The notes under the pieces: generated by a model
Told to the model about the DNA's origin: nothing
Database searches by the model: none
Seen by the model: the letters and a program-made list of their open reading frames with translations, nothing else
In this document: positions 1 to 11,057 of the stretch, in pieces
How the letters are laid out: each line of letters starts with the position of its first letter
Numbering within the stretch: the stretch's first letter is position 1
Position numbers and translations under genes: made by a program
Assembly (NCBI GenBank): GCA_051313645.2
Contig: JBNRSN020000020.1
Location: 110,422,001-110,486,000 of the forward strand
Direction of reading: 5' to 3'
DNA length: 64,000 nucleotides
Source: Centroscyllium fabricii
Lineage: Eukaryota

Positions 1-1552
1 CCGGAACCTGGTGGTAGCCACGCACCAGGTCGATCTTGGAAAAGATCGTACAACCCGCTAATCTGGCGGAAAAATCCTGGATGTGGGGTACGGGGTACCT
101 ATCCGGGGTAGTGGCATTGTTAAGGCGGCGGTAGTCGCCGCAGGGGCGCCAGCCTCCGTCGGGCTTGGGGGCTATGTGGAGCGGAGAGGACCGGGGGCTG
201 TTGGAGCGGCGGATAATGCCGAGTTTCTCCATGGTGCGGAACTCGGTGCGCGCGATCTCCTGCTTGGCCGGGTCGAGCCTACGGGCGTGGGCATGGACGG
301 GCGGGCCTGTGGTCGTGATAAAATGTTCCACCCCGTGTTTGGCCTTGCGGGCGGTGAACGTGGGGTTGGTTAGGGCGGGGAACTCTGCCAGGAGTGTGCC
401 GTAGGCATCGGAGTCCCTGGAGCGGCATTGGGCTGCCGCGTGGGCCAGGAGTGCGGGCCCTGTGGAGCATGGGATGGTCGTCATGGTATTTATATTTACC
501 AAGCGGCACCGAGTTACATCGACCAGTAGGCCGTAGGCGCAGAGGAAGTCTGCCCCGAGGAGGGGTGAAGTGACCTGGGCCGTTACAAAATCCCAGGTGT
601 ACGCGTGGCTTGCAAGGGTAATAGTTAGCTTGCGGGTGCCGTACGTTTTTATATTGGAGCCGTTGGCTGCCGCTAGTGGCGGGCCCCGGGTACCTTGTTT
701 GGTTTCTGCAGGGGAGGCTGGCACGATGCTGTGCTGCGCGCCTGTGTCGCAGAGGAACCTGAGGCCTGTACCGCTGTCTGTGGCGAAGAGCAGTGCTCCT
801 GTGTGGCCTACAGACATGGTGGGGGCTGAGTTGGGCCGTGGCTTAAACGCGCATGGCTGGACGCAGCGGTGCGCTTTGTGATCGAACCGCGTGTGGTAGT
901 AGCACCAGCTGGTGCTAGAGGGACGCGGTTGTCTAGGCGGGCGCGGGGCCCTAGTTTCAGGCGTAAAGTTATGCCTGGGGGGTGATTGGCTGCGCTCTAC
1001 CGATGCGGAATTAGGGTCGCACGTGGTTGAGCGGGTGCGCTGCGCCTCCATGAGCCTGTCGGCCTCCTCTCCGAGCTCGTCATCACTCCGGTGGCCAAGG
1101 GCCGCCAAGGCCGGTCTGATGGCGCGGGGCAGTTTAAGGAGGAAGACGGTGCGGAAGAGGGCGGCCGAGTTGGGTGTGAGCGCTTGCATCTGACCTAAGA
1201 GGTCCGATGGGTCTGCGTCCCCGAGTTCGGGGAGGTCGAGGAGCTGGCAGTCGCGCTCGAATTGGGAGGGGGTAAATTTTTTTATAAGCGCGGCCTTAAG
1301 CGTTTCATACCTGCCTGCGACGGGCACGCGCTGTATTTTTGACCACATCCGATCAATCGTCGTCTGTGGTAGGGCTGAGAACACCAGGTCGTAGCGGTCG
1401 TCCCCTTGGATGCCATGTGTGCGGCAGCTGGTCTCAATGCACATGAACCAGGCCGCTGGCCGTTGCTCCCAGAGCTCGGGTAGAGTTAGTCCACGTCCGG
1501 CGTTCTGTCCAGCTCCCTGCGTTCATGGAGCTTGGTTCCTTGGGTTTACCAT
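1..1552 (-). pseudogene. gag-pol of the Gypsy element, with a premature TGA at codon 10 (1525-1523); truncated by the window edge
   Basis: ATG GTA AAC CCA AGG AAC CAA GCT CCA TGA ACG CAG... is in frame with the gag LPELWE motif. Confidence 0.75.
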
Positions 1553-1883
1553 GTTTTCTAAAAAAAGTCTTTGGCTGGTGGTCCCAGATCCTGCGGCAGC
1601 TTTTCTTCTCTGGAAGTCGTTCCAGTTCGGGGTCACCACTGTAGCGCCGGCAGGCCTAGGAACCACACGTGAGCCAGAGCTAGAGAAAACACAGCTTTAT
1701 TGCACTAAGTAAAACAAGAAAGAGAGTGAACCACTCGCAGCAATCGTATTTAAACAGTCCCGCGGTTGGTGACGTCATCGCGTCGGCCGACGTGGTGACG
1801 TCGTCGCGTCACCCGGATGAGCGGTGCTTTGCTCTGCGGAGTCCCCGTGGCGGATTCGATGTCTCAGTGGGCGTGCCGCCACA
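1..1883 (-). mobile_element. Ty3/Gypsy LTR retrotransposon (CsRN1-like clade), 5' part; runs off the window start
   Basis: On the minus strand the LTR 1883-1640 (TGTGGCGG...TACA) is followed by the PBS TGGTGACCCCGA (tRNA-Trp type). The translation shows gag ([13 protein letters not shown]; CHCC motif WCYYHTRF...RCVQPC), protease (FLCDTGA) and RT start ([23 protein letters not shown]). It is paralogous to the element at 17983. Confidence 0.92.
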
Positions 1884-2152
1884 GTAGTCACTAATAAATC
1901 AAACAGGGAATTCAGGAGAAACTCCTTTACCCAGAGAGTGGTGAGAATGTGGAACTCACTCCCACAGGGAGTGGTTGAGGTGAATAGCAGAGATACATTT
2001 AAGGAGAAGCTGGATAAACACATGAGGGGGAAAGGAATGGAAGGATCTGCTGATAGGGTGAGATGAAGAGGGTGGGAGGAGGCTCGTGTGGAGCATAAAC
2101 CGGCACGGACCAGTGGGGCCGAATGGCCTGTTTCTGGGCTGTACATTCGATG
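1884..2152 (+). mobile_element. CR1 LINE 3' end fragment (target of the Gypsy insertion)
   Basis: Encodes RRNSFTQRVVRMWNSLPQGVVE (CR1 ORF2 C-terminus); 3' UTR carries GGGCCGAATGGCCTG. Confidence 0.85.
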
Positions 2153-2344
2153 TCGTGTTGTTTTATTGAAAGCTGACTGATCATTTCTTACCCCCCCCCA
2201 CCCCCCCCCCCCCCCCCCAGAGGGCAGTTGGGAGATTAAACCAGGTTACGCTGTACAACGGCACCATCTGCTGGCTGGGACGTCACATTGTGCCGGATTT
2301 TGCGATGGAACTGACGGTGATGCCAAACTGCAACTGGAGAACGA

Positions 2345-2810
2345 CAGACTTGCATTTCTATAGCGCCTTTTGCAACCTCAGGACGTCCCAAAGCACTTTA
2401 CAGCCGATGAAGTACTTTTTGAAGTGTAGTCACTGTTGTAATGTAGGAAACGCGGCAGTCAATTCGTGCACAGCAAGATCCCACAAACAGCAATATAATG
2501 ATGACCAGATCATCTGTTTTTAGTGATGTTGGTTGAGGGATAAATATTGGCCCCAGGACACCGGGGAGAACTCTCCCCCTGCTCTTCTTCGAATAGTGCT
2601 GTGGGGTCTTTTAACATCCACCTGAGAGAGCAGACGGGGCCTCGGTTTAACATCTCATCCGAAAGTCAGCACCTCTGACAGTGCAGCACTCCCTCAGCAC
2701 TGCGCTGGGAGTGTTAACCTAGATTATGGGCTTGAGTCTGATGGAGCGGGACTTGAACCCACAACCTTCTGACTCGGGGAGAGTGCTACCCACTGAGCAC
2801 AGCTTACACA
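2345..2810 (-). mobile_element. tRNA-derived SINE (SacSINE1/DeuSINE-like)
   Basis: Minus strand has a head with A box (GCTCAGTGGGTAGCAC) and B box (GGTTCAAGTCC) and an L2-like tail (GCGCTATAGAAATGCAAGTC). Other copies at ~5570, 9290, 14553, 31590 and 37640. Confidence 0.8.
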
Positions 2811-3171
2811 CAAGGGTGAGGTAGTGAGATACTGGGTGAGTTTGGGCGAGTGGAGCTGGGCAATGGCAATGAGCAAAGTTTGAAAAAGTTTTGATTTTTG
2901 AATCAAATCTTGTGGTGACATCACAATTGCCAGTGATGTCGTCGCTTCCTGACTGATGACTTGGTCCTGTCTGTGTGTCAAAGAGCTGTGACCTCACAAA
3001 CACAAACTTCCAGCTCAGGCAAGACCCTTTCACCCTGGCGTTGCCCCTGCTACAGAATAGAGCACACCCGACCCACCCAACCCAACCCAGCCCACCCAAC
3101 CTGACCTCACTTCTGAAGGGCCTACTGCCCACTGCACGGCCAAAAAGAAAATGTGTTAAGACAAACACGCA

Positions 3172-4281
3172 ATGAGGTTTGTCTCTCTCCGCGTTCTGGT
3201 GATTCTGATACTTCTCCTGGCCGCCCCGCTCCTAGCCCAGAGCCCCATCCAGTGCGGCATTCAGGTGCTGGCCAGCAAAGGAACCGCCAAGGATTTCCGA
3301 GGTCAGGAACCGCAGCCCAACGCTTGGCCGTGGCAAGTCAGCCTGGAGCTGGTGGCGGAGAACAGGCACTTCTGTGGCGGGGCCATCATCAACGAGTACT
3401 GGGTCATCACGGCTGCCCACTGCTTCTTACCGCCAGTGACACACAGCCTCAAGGAGATGGTGGTGGTGGTTGGGTTGAACAGGCAACTGATCCCGGAAGT
3501 ATGGGCGCGTTACTCCACTCCTCACGACATCATTTTGCACGAAGGGTTCAATGAGCAAACCGGGGCGAATGACATCGCCCTGGTGAAAATGCTGAAGCCC
3601 ATCAGTTTCGGACAGCATGTCATGCCTGTGTGCTTCCCCGACAATGATATCCTATTTGAGAAGAGTTGGACTACTTGTTACATCACCGGCTGGATGAAGA
3701 CGGGGGAGGCTATCTTGGACACTCTCCAACAAGTACTCGTAATGTTCATCTCCTCCAAAAACTGCAATGCCACGATTTTCAGTGGCAAGCTCCAGCCATC
3801 GATGATGTGCATGGACTTCCAGACAGGCGAGAGCACTGCTTGTCACATGGACACTGGAGGACCTGTGGTCTGCAAGATCAAGAAAGCGCATCAGTACTTC
3901 TTAATTGGGGTTGTAAGCTGGATTAGTGATTGCGAGAATCATTGGCCAGGAGTCTTCACCAAGACCAAGTCCTACCTAAATTGGATTGAGCACATCACTG
4001 CCCGGTACGGTAAAAAGTTCAACTTCAAGGAGTACAGCTCAGAGGCTGTCATTCTGCAGGAGAAAGCCATGATAAGGATGAAGGCGAAAGCTATAAACGT
4101 CCAGATCGCACAGAACAAGTCGAATACGAACACGTCCTGTCCCGGAATCACACTCGCTGCCGACACCACAACCATACAATCATTTGTACTGACAGCGTCC
4201 GGGAACACCTACATCACTTCGGTGATTGGGATCACACTGGTCCATCTCCGCTCACTCCTGGTCACTATACTGGCAACTTGA
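3172..4281 (+). CDS. Intronless S1A trypsin-fold serine-protease homolog (PRSS55/testisin/acrosin-like architecture), 369 aa, with signal peptide and C-terminal hydrophobic (GPI-type) tail; catalytic Ser replaced by Thr
   Basis: Uninterrupted ORF. It has a hydrophobic N-terminus, WPWQVSL, HFCGGAII, WVITAAHC (His57), NDIALVK (Asp102), PVCFP, CYITGW, CHMDTGGPVVC (for CQGDSGGP), GVVSW and PGVFT...YLNWI. ATTAAA lies at ~4423. Confidence 0.92.
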   Translation: MRFVSLRVLVILILLLAAPLLAQSPIQCGIQVLASKGTAKDFRGQEPQPNAWPWQVSLELVAENRHFCGGAIINEYWVITAAHCFLPPVTHSLKEMVVVVGLNRQLIPEVWARYSTPHDIILHEGFNEQTGANDIALVKMLKPISFGQHVMPVCFPDNDILFEKSWTTCYITGWMKTGEAILDTLQQVLVMFISSKNCNATIFSGKLQPSMMCMDFQTGESTACHMDTGGPVVCKIKKAHQYFLIGVVSWISDCENHWPGVFTKTKSYLNWIEHITARYGKKFNFKEYSSEAVILQEKAMIRMKAKAINVQIAQNKSNTNTSCPGITLAADTTTIQSFVLTASGNTYITSVIGITLVHLRSLLVTILAT

Positions 4282-4556
4282 CAGGGACATCATCAGTGGG
4301 ATGCACAGTACAGCTGATCCACTCCCAACTGCGCTTAACTGGTCTGGTTCTGTGACTATGTGCAAAGCTGACTCGGGCATATTTCTATGAACAATGATAG
4401 TTTTTTCTGATTAGATCTGAATATTAAATATTTATCGGAATGGAAACCACAGATTTGCAGATTGCGTTGGACTTTTTTGTTTCTTGCAATGAATCTAAGA
4501 ACCAACTGGACTCAATTAGTAACATTAGATGGTTGTTGCTTCAAGACCAACTGCAT

Positions 4557-5030
4557 GATAGGGGAGAGTGTACACGGGCTGTGGGAGGAGATTCAATGGG
4601 TGGGTAGAGTCCGTGATAGGGGAGAGTATACATGGGCTGTGAGAGGAGATTAAATGGGTGGGTAGAGTCCATGATAGGGGAGAGTGTGCACGGGCTGTGG
4701 GAGGAGATTCAATGGGTGGGTAGAGTCCGTGATAGGGGAGAGTGTACATGGGCTGTGGGAGGAGATTCAATGGGTGAATAGAGTCTGTGATAGGGGAGAG
4801 TGTACATGGGCTGTGAGAGGAGATTAAATGGGTGGGTAGAGTCCGTGATAGGGGAGAGTGTACATGGGCTGTGGGAGGAGATTCAATGGGTGGGTAGAGT
4901 CCGTGATAGGGGAGAGTGTACATGGGCTGTGAGAGGAGATTAAATGGGTGGGTAGAGTCCGTGATAGGGGAGAGTGTACATGGGCTGTGGGAGGAGATTC
5001 AATGGGTGGATAGAGTCTGTGATAGGGGAG
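4557..5030. repeat. 58-bp minisatellite, about 8 copies
   Basis: Unit GATAGGGGAGAGTGTACATGGGCTGTGGGAGGAGATTCAATGGGTGGGTAGAGTCCGT starts at 4557, 4615, 4673, 4731, 4789, 4847, 4905, 4963 and 5021. Confidence 0.95.
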
Positions 5031-5569
5031 AAATCCCGATGCTTGCCCTGCTCATCGATAACAAATTCCTCCAAGGGGCCCTTCAACTGACATTAAGCCA
5101 CTAATTAACATATTCAAGGGACATAAAATCTACTTAAGGCGTCCGCCCGGGAGGACTGAAATACGGGCAGCACGAATTGAGCAATGGGCCCAAGGCCTGT
5201 GCAGATGGGTCGCAGGCCGTTCCACTGCTAAATCGGTCTGCTTTACACCCATTTTACACCCAAAAGACAGGCGCAATACACACCAATTTCCACCCCAGTG
5301 CCCAATGCACTTGTACTCACGTCTTCCTTTGATTTATACTCTGCTGGTTTGGCTCTGTAGTTCAACATTCTACTTGTTGATTTTTACGATTATCACACTC
5401 TCAATGTTGGGACAATGCGGAGAAGTAATTAAATTAACTCACACAGGGATATTGAGATACATAGTTGGAGTGTACGCACAGCCCAGAGATTGCTTTTAGA
5501 GCTGCAAGCAGAATAATACCCAACACATTGAATAACATTCCTCTGCTATTTCCGCCGAGGCACTGGTGT

Positions 5570-5792
5570 TACCTGAGGCTCAGTGGGCAGCACCCTCGCC
5601 TCTGAGTCAGCAGGTGCTTGGTTCAAGTCCCACTCCCGAGAGCTAGGCACATAATGCGGATGGGCTGCAGTGTTGGAGGTACCGTCCTTGGGATGAGACG
5701 TTAAACCCGAGGCCCCGTCTGCCCTCTCAGGTGGATGTAAAAGATCCCATGACACTATTTTTGAAGAAAAGCAGTGGAGTTCTCCCCGGTGT
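5570..5792 (+). mobile_element. SacSINE1-like SINE, 5' half
   Basis: GGCTCAGTGGGCAGCAC...GGTTCAAGTCCCAC head plus the same core as the 2345-2810 copy. Confidence 0.75.
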
Positions 5793-6061
5793 GTCCTGGA
5801 TATCAATCTCTCTGAAATGTGCTCAAAGCAGTTTAATCCTGAAACTTTCTTCCAACGCTCGCCCATTACCCTACCTGACCTGGGGTTTTGAGTTTCATAT
5901 AAGGTACAGGCCCAGCTCTCCCTAAAGTAAGCTGAGTGGGCAGACACCATCTCCTGACTGATGTTGCTGGAGCAGAGGCTCATGATGTCACCTGAAGGGG
6001 AGATACAGAGCGCCTCTGGCCTGCAGTTCAACAGTGTGAGCAGGGCTGACTGAGAGACATT

Positions 6062-6528
6062 GGGCAGGATTTTCATTGGGCCGTGGAGGCGGGATTGGAG
6101 GCGTGTGAGGGGTTTAAATACGCAAAATCGGGGGGCACGACCCCACCCCGCCTCCAACCCACCTCCATGCCAGTTTCAAAGGAGGCGGATACCCGACCTG
6201 TGCTGGGAGCCGCCTCCCCGAGGCGGGAAGGGGATTAGTGCCAATTAACTGCCTGTTAACAGGCAGTGTTTAGCCTAATCCCTATTTTTATCCCTGAAAT
6301 GTGGGATTCCCGACGGCACCAAACCACGCCAAGTTAGTGATGCGGACCATCGGGCTGAAGGGCTCGAGATGACCAGTGTTCAGGTGAGTGATGGGTGCAT
6401 GAGTGCAGAGGTAAGTGTGTTTGGTGTGTGTAAAGTGTTCAAAGAAGTTTTACTAACCTTTACAGCCTTCCTTCCTTCAGGTCTCGGGAGTCCCTCATCT
6501 CACCGGCACAGAAAGCAGAATCCAGCCC
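6062..6528. mobile_element. Non-autonomous PIF/Harbinger-type MITE
   Basis: Imperfect TIRs GGGCAGGATT / AATCCAGCCC with a 3-bp TSD ATT. The left TIR is the same as that of the 49311 element. Confidence 0.6.
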
Positions 6529-6719
6529 ATTGGATTATAATACTGGCGTAACTCAGTAGAAAATCCAATGCTTTGAATTTAAAACCAGTTGCAATTGACC
6601 CTCCGAGATGCACAGAAGCCACTGGACCATAACTTGCTTTCAAAATGATGGTGCTCGCTAATTATTTAGGCATAAATGCCACAGCAACTTCAGGCGAGGA
6701 CAGAGGCGCGCTGCAAACT

Positions 6720-7255
6720 ATTTTGGTCATCTTATTTAAGGTGGGATAGACTTGCATTGGAGGCAGTTCAGCGACGGTTCACTAGGTTGATTCCTGGGAT
6801 GAGGGGGTTGTCTTATGAGGAAAGGTTGAACAGGTTGGACCTATACTCATTGGAGTTTAGAAGAATGAGAGGGGATCTTATTGAAACATAAGATTCTGAG
6901 GGGGATTAACAGGGTGGATGCAGAGAGGATGTTTCCCCTCATGGGGGAACCTAGAACTAAGGGGCATAGTTTCAGAATAGGGGCTGTCCATTTAAGATGG
7001 AGATGAGGAGAAATTTCTTCTCTCAGAGGGTAATGAATCTTTGAAATTCTTTACCCCAGAGAGCTGTGGAGGCGGAGGCATTGAATATATTCAAGGCTGA
7101 GATAGACAGAGATTTGAGCTACAGGGGAGTCGAGGGTTATGGGGAGCGGGTGGGAAAGTGGAGTTGAGGCCAAGATCAGATCAGCCATGATCTCATTGAA
7201 TGGCGGAGCAGGCTTGAGTGGCCGACTGCTGCTCCTATTTCTTTATGTTTATGTA
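6720..7255 (+). mobile_element. CR1 LINE 3' fragment
   Basis: Encodes LEAVQRRFTRLIPGMRGLSYEERL...RGDLIET; CR1 3' UTR and microsatellite tail. Confidence 0.9.
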
Positions 7256-7376
7256 AATGTGGAAATCTAAAAGTTACTGTCCGAGATGCCCCGCTCCGCC
7301 GTTAGCTTCGCGAAAATGGTATCTCGCCATCTGCCTCACCACCAAAATGCATTGAGTGTTGTGAAGTTGCTGTGAA

Positions 7377-7678
7377 GGGCGGCATGGTGGCTAGCACTGT
7401 TGCCTCACAGCACTGGAGACCCGGGTTCAAATCCAGCCTCGGGTGACTATCTGTGTGGAGTTTGCACATTCTCCCCGTGTCTGCGTGGGTTTCCTCCGGG
7501 TGCTCCGGTTTCCTCCCAAAGATGTGCAGGTTAGGTTGATTGGACAGGATAAATTGACCCTTAGTGTTAGGGGGGATTAAATATGTGGGGTTACGGGGAT
7601 AGGGTGGGATGTGTGTCGGAGCAGGCTCGATGGGCCGAAATGGCCTCTATCTGCACTGTAGAGATTCTATGATTCTAT
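7377..7678 (+). mobile_element. HE1-like (V-SINE) tRNA-derived SINE
   Basis: GGGCGGCATGGTGG...CCGGGTTCAAATCC head, V-domain (TGTGTGGAGTTTGCACATTCTCCCCGTG), CR1-derived tail ending in ATTCTATG repeats. Confidence 0.85.
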
Positions 7679-8201
7679 TCGTGTGTTAGATACGGACTAA
7701 ACTCGCCACAGAAAGTTAAGTCTTGCCCATTTCAGTCCATGCTCCCTTCTAACAACATGATCAGTGTTAATTACTGCCAGGCAACCCCTCTGGCACTGAA
7801 AATTAACTTTTACAAGTGCGGAGTCTCATTCCTTCAGCTTTTAATTGTTGTTGGAGATTTTAAAAAGGTAAAGGTGTTTTTTTAATCTTTTCCTTTCTGT
7901 TTCTTTTTTCTCTCTGTCTTAGTCCATTCTTTCTTTCCCTCTCCTTGTGTTCCTGATGTGACATTGAATTCACTCACTCTATTAAGCTTCCTTCTCAGTC
8001 CTTGCGCTGTTCATTTCTCAGCCCTCCCGGATGGATGCCCGGCTTTCCCGTTATCAGTTCGCTCTTGCAGCAACCTGCCTCGCAAAGCGATGTAAAAACT
8101 GACAGGGTCCAGAGTAAAGCTGCCATGCCCGGCCACAGCTAATGACGGCTCATCACCATGAAGGGCACATTGTGCTTGATCACCGCACTGGGCCCTCAAC
8201 C

Positions 8202-9112
8202 TGGATGGACGGGTCGGGTGACCAATGGCGGGAGAACGGGGGCGGGGTGATGGGATGATGGACGGGCCAGGTGACCAATGGCGGGAGAACGGGGACGGGG
8301 TGATGGGATGATGGACTGGCCGGGCGACCAATGGCGGGAGAGCGGGGGCGGGTTGGTGGGAGGATGGACAGGTCGGGTGACCAATGGTAGGAGCGTTGGG
8401 GGGCGGGGCACGGCGAGGATGGACAGGTTGGGCGACCAATGGCGGGGCACGGAGGCGGCGCACTGGGACGATGGACGGGTCGGGTGACCAATGGCGGGAG
8501 CGCGGAGGCGGGGCACAGGGAGGATCGACTGGTCGGGCGAGCAATGGCGGGAGTGCGGAGGCGGGGCACAGGGAGGATGGACGGGTCGGGTGACCAATGG
8601 CGAGGCACAGGGGCGGGGCATAGGTAGGATGGACGGGTGGGGCGACCAATGGCGGGGCACGGAGCGGGGTGATGGGAGGATGGACGGGTCTGGCGACCAA
8701 TGGCGGGGCACAGGGCGGGGTATAGGGAGGATGGACGGGTCGGGTGACCAATGGCGGGAGTGCGGAGGCGGGGCACAGGGAGGATGGACGGGTGGGGCGA
8801 CCAATGGCGGGGCACGGGGCGGGGTGATGGGAGGATGGACGGGTCGGGTGACCAATGGCGGGGCACAGGGAGGATGGACGGGTCGGGCGACCAATGGCGG
8901 GGCACAGGGGCGGGGTGATGGGAGGATGGACGGGTCTGACGACCAATGGCGGGGCACAGGGGTGGGGTATAGGGAGGATGGACGGGTCTGGCGACCAATG
9001 GCGGGAGTGCGGAGGCGGGGCACAGGGAGGATGGACGGGTCGGGCGACCAATGGCGGGGCACAGGGGCGGGGCATAGGGAGGATGGACGGGTCGGGCGAC
9101 CAATGGCGAGGC
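8202..9112. repeat. GC-rich variable-unit (~40-60 bp) minisatellite; units carry a CCAAT box, many also a GC box
   Basis: About 18 copies of GGATGGACGGGTCGGG(C/T)GACCAATGGCGGG, separated by variable spacers often containing GGGGCGGGG. Confidence 0.93.
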
Positions 9113-9369
9113 GGTGTGAGGCAGGCGGTCAGCTGATGAATTCCCGGGAATGAGTCCGAGCGGGTTTGGTTGCGCTGCGATCACTGGCGGCAGATTGTAA
9201 TTCACCCGGAGACTTCTGTTCATAGTTTGTAACGGAGAGACCGGCCAGAGTTTCACAATGTTCGACGTGTGAATTCAAAGAAGAAAGAAAGACTTGCATT
9301 TCTGTAGCGCCTCTCACAACCAGCAGCCGTCCCAAAGCGCTTTGTGAAGAGTGCTCACTGTTGTAGGAA

Positions 9370-9571
9370 TAATGTGGAGGTGCCGGTGTTGGACTGGGGT
9401 GGACAAATGCAAGAAGTCACACAACACCAGATTTATAGTCCAACGGTTTTATTTTAAATCACAAGCTTTCGGAGCGTCTGCCCCTTCCACCTGAGGAAGG
9501 AGCAGCGCTCCGAAAGCTTGTGATTTAAAATAAAACCGTTGGACTATAAATCTGGTGTTGTGTGACTTCTT
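9370..9571. mobile_element. Penelope-like pseudo-LTR fragment in inverted arrangement, with a minimal hammerhead ribozyme
   Basis: Long inverted repeat (AAGAAGTCACACAACACCAG...CTGGTGTTGTGTGACTTCTT). 13-bp TSD ACTGTTGTAGGAA at 9357-9369 and 9572-9584. Confidence 0.8.
9488..9522 (+). ncRNA. Minimal type I hammerhead ribozyme motif
   Basis: CAC-CTGAGGA-A-GGAGC-AGC-GCTCC-GAAA-GCTT-GTG: CUGANGA and GAAA cores, stem II and a palindromic stem III. Confidence 0.72.
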
Positions 9572-9799
9572 ACTGTTGTAGGAAACACGGCAGCTAATGT
9601 GCGCACAGCAAGATCCCACAAACAGCCATGTGATCATGAGCAGATCATCTGTTTTTAGTGATGTTGGTTGAGGGATAAATATTGGCCCCAGGACACTGGG
9701 GAGAACTCTTTTCCCCCCCTCCCCGCCCTGCTCTTCCAAATAGTGCCGCGGGATCGTTTACATCCACCCGAGAGAGCAGACAGGGCCTCGGTTTGTCGG

Positions 9800-10660
9800 C
9801 CCCTCTGACAGTGCGGCACTCCATCAGTACTGCCCCTCCGACAGTGCAGTGCTCCCTCAGTACCGCCCCTCCGACAGTGCGGCGCTCCCTCAGTACTGAC
9901 CCTCCGACAGTGCAGCGCTCCCTCAGTACTGCCCCTCTGACAGTGCGGCGCTCCCTCAGTACTGACCCTCCGACAGTGCGGCACTCCCTCAGTACCGCCC
10001 CTCCGACAGTGCGGCACTCCCTCAGTACTGCCCCTCTAACAGTGCAGCACTCCCTCAGTACTGCCCCTCTGACAGTGCAGCACTCCCTTAGTACTGCCCC
10101 TCCGACAGTGTGGCACTCCCTCAGTACTGCCCCTCTGACAGTACAGCGCTCCCTCAGTACCGTCCCTTTGACAGTGCAGCGCTCCCTCAGTACCGTCCCT
10201 TCGACAGTGCGGCGCTCCCTCAGTACTGCCCCTCTGACAGTGCAGCGCTCCCTCAGTACCGTCCCTTCGACAGTGCGGCGCTCCCTCAGTACCGTCCCTT
10301 TGACAGTGCAGCGCTCCCTCAGTACCGTCCCTTCGACAGTGCGGCGCTCCCTCAGTACTGCCCCTCTGACAGTGCAGCGCTCCCTCAGTACCGTCCGTTC
10401 GACAGTGCAGCGCTCCCCCAGTACTGCCCCTCCGACAGTGTGGCACTCCCTCAGTACTGCCCCTCCGACAGTGCGGCGCTCCCTCAGCTCTGCCTCTCCG
10501 ACAGTGCGGCACTCCCTCAGTACTGCCCCTCTGACAGTGCGGCGCTCCCTCAGTACTGCCCCTCTGACAGTGTGGCGCTCCCTCAGCTCTGCCGCTCTGA
10601 CAGTGCGGCGCTCCCTCAGCTCTGCCGCTCTGACAGTGTGGTGCTGCCTCAGTACTGTAC
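9800..10660. repeat. 30-bp minisatellite (~28 copies) amplified from the SINE core
   Basis: Repeats of CCCCTCCGACAGTGCGGCGCTCCCTCAGTACTG-type sequence; single copy in the other SINEs (e.g. ~2670-2702). Confidence 0.95.
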
Positions 10661-11057
10661 TGGGAGTTTCAGCCTAGATTTTTGTGCTCAAGTCTCTGGG
10701 GTGGGACTTGAACCCACAACCTTCTGACTTCGAGGCGAGAGAGAGATACCCACTTGGCCACAGCTGAGTCAAGGGTGATTTAACAATCTGTATCCCTGAT
10801 TTAGCAGTAAAGAAAGAGGTCAAAGATTGAAGTGTATTGAAGGGGCTCTGCTCCCCTGAATTGTCCAGGTGGAATTTCTGGGGTCGGGTGTGTGGATTCA
10901 CAGCATAGTGAGGCTTATCTTATCACCCTGGCCACCTGGTTCACTGATGTCATTGATTGCATGAACACAAGCCCCTTGTTACTAAACAAGGCCCAATGAC
11001 TTCTCGGGGCACTTCGCCCCCACCCATTCGATGCCAATGTCAATGCCCCTCCATCAT

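Larger units (their letters stand above)
9290..10770 (-). mobile_element. SacSINE1-like SINE interrupted by a Penelope-derived insert and expanded by an internal minisatellite
   Basis: Tail at ~9290, core 9585-9800 and head 10670-10770 are colinear with the 2345-2810 copy. Confidence 0.85.

Noticed and set aside
83-1712. Plus-strand ORFs over the first Gypsy (and antisense ORFs over the other Gypsy elements)
   Set aside because: Antisense shadows of GC-rich gag-pol.
2190-2218. Poly-C tract
   Set aside because: Simple homopolymer; its length is unreliable and no function can be supported.
7377-7450. tRNA-like A and B boxes (also at 16311, 5570, 14553)
   Set aside because: These are SINE heads continuous with SINE bodies, not tRNA genes.
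8202-9112. CRISPR-like repeat/spacer appearance
   Set aside because: The spacers are variants of each other, the context is eukaryotic and there are no cas genes.
8011-9256. Long Pro/Arg-rich ORFs (288-358 aa) on both strands
   Set aside because: They are translations of a stop-poor GC-rich minisatellite, open in several frames.
9682-10727. 331-aa and 205-aa repetitive mucin-like ORFs
   Set aside because: Produced by a 30-bp tandem repeat inside a SINE.
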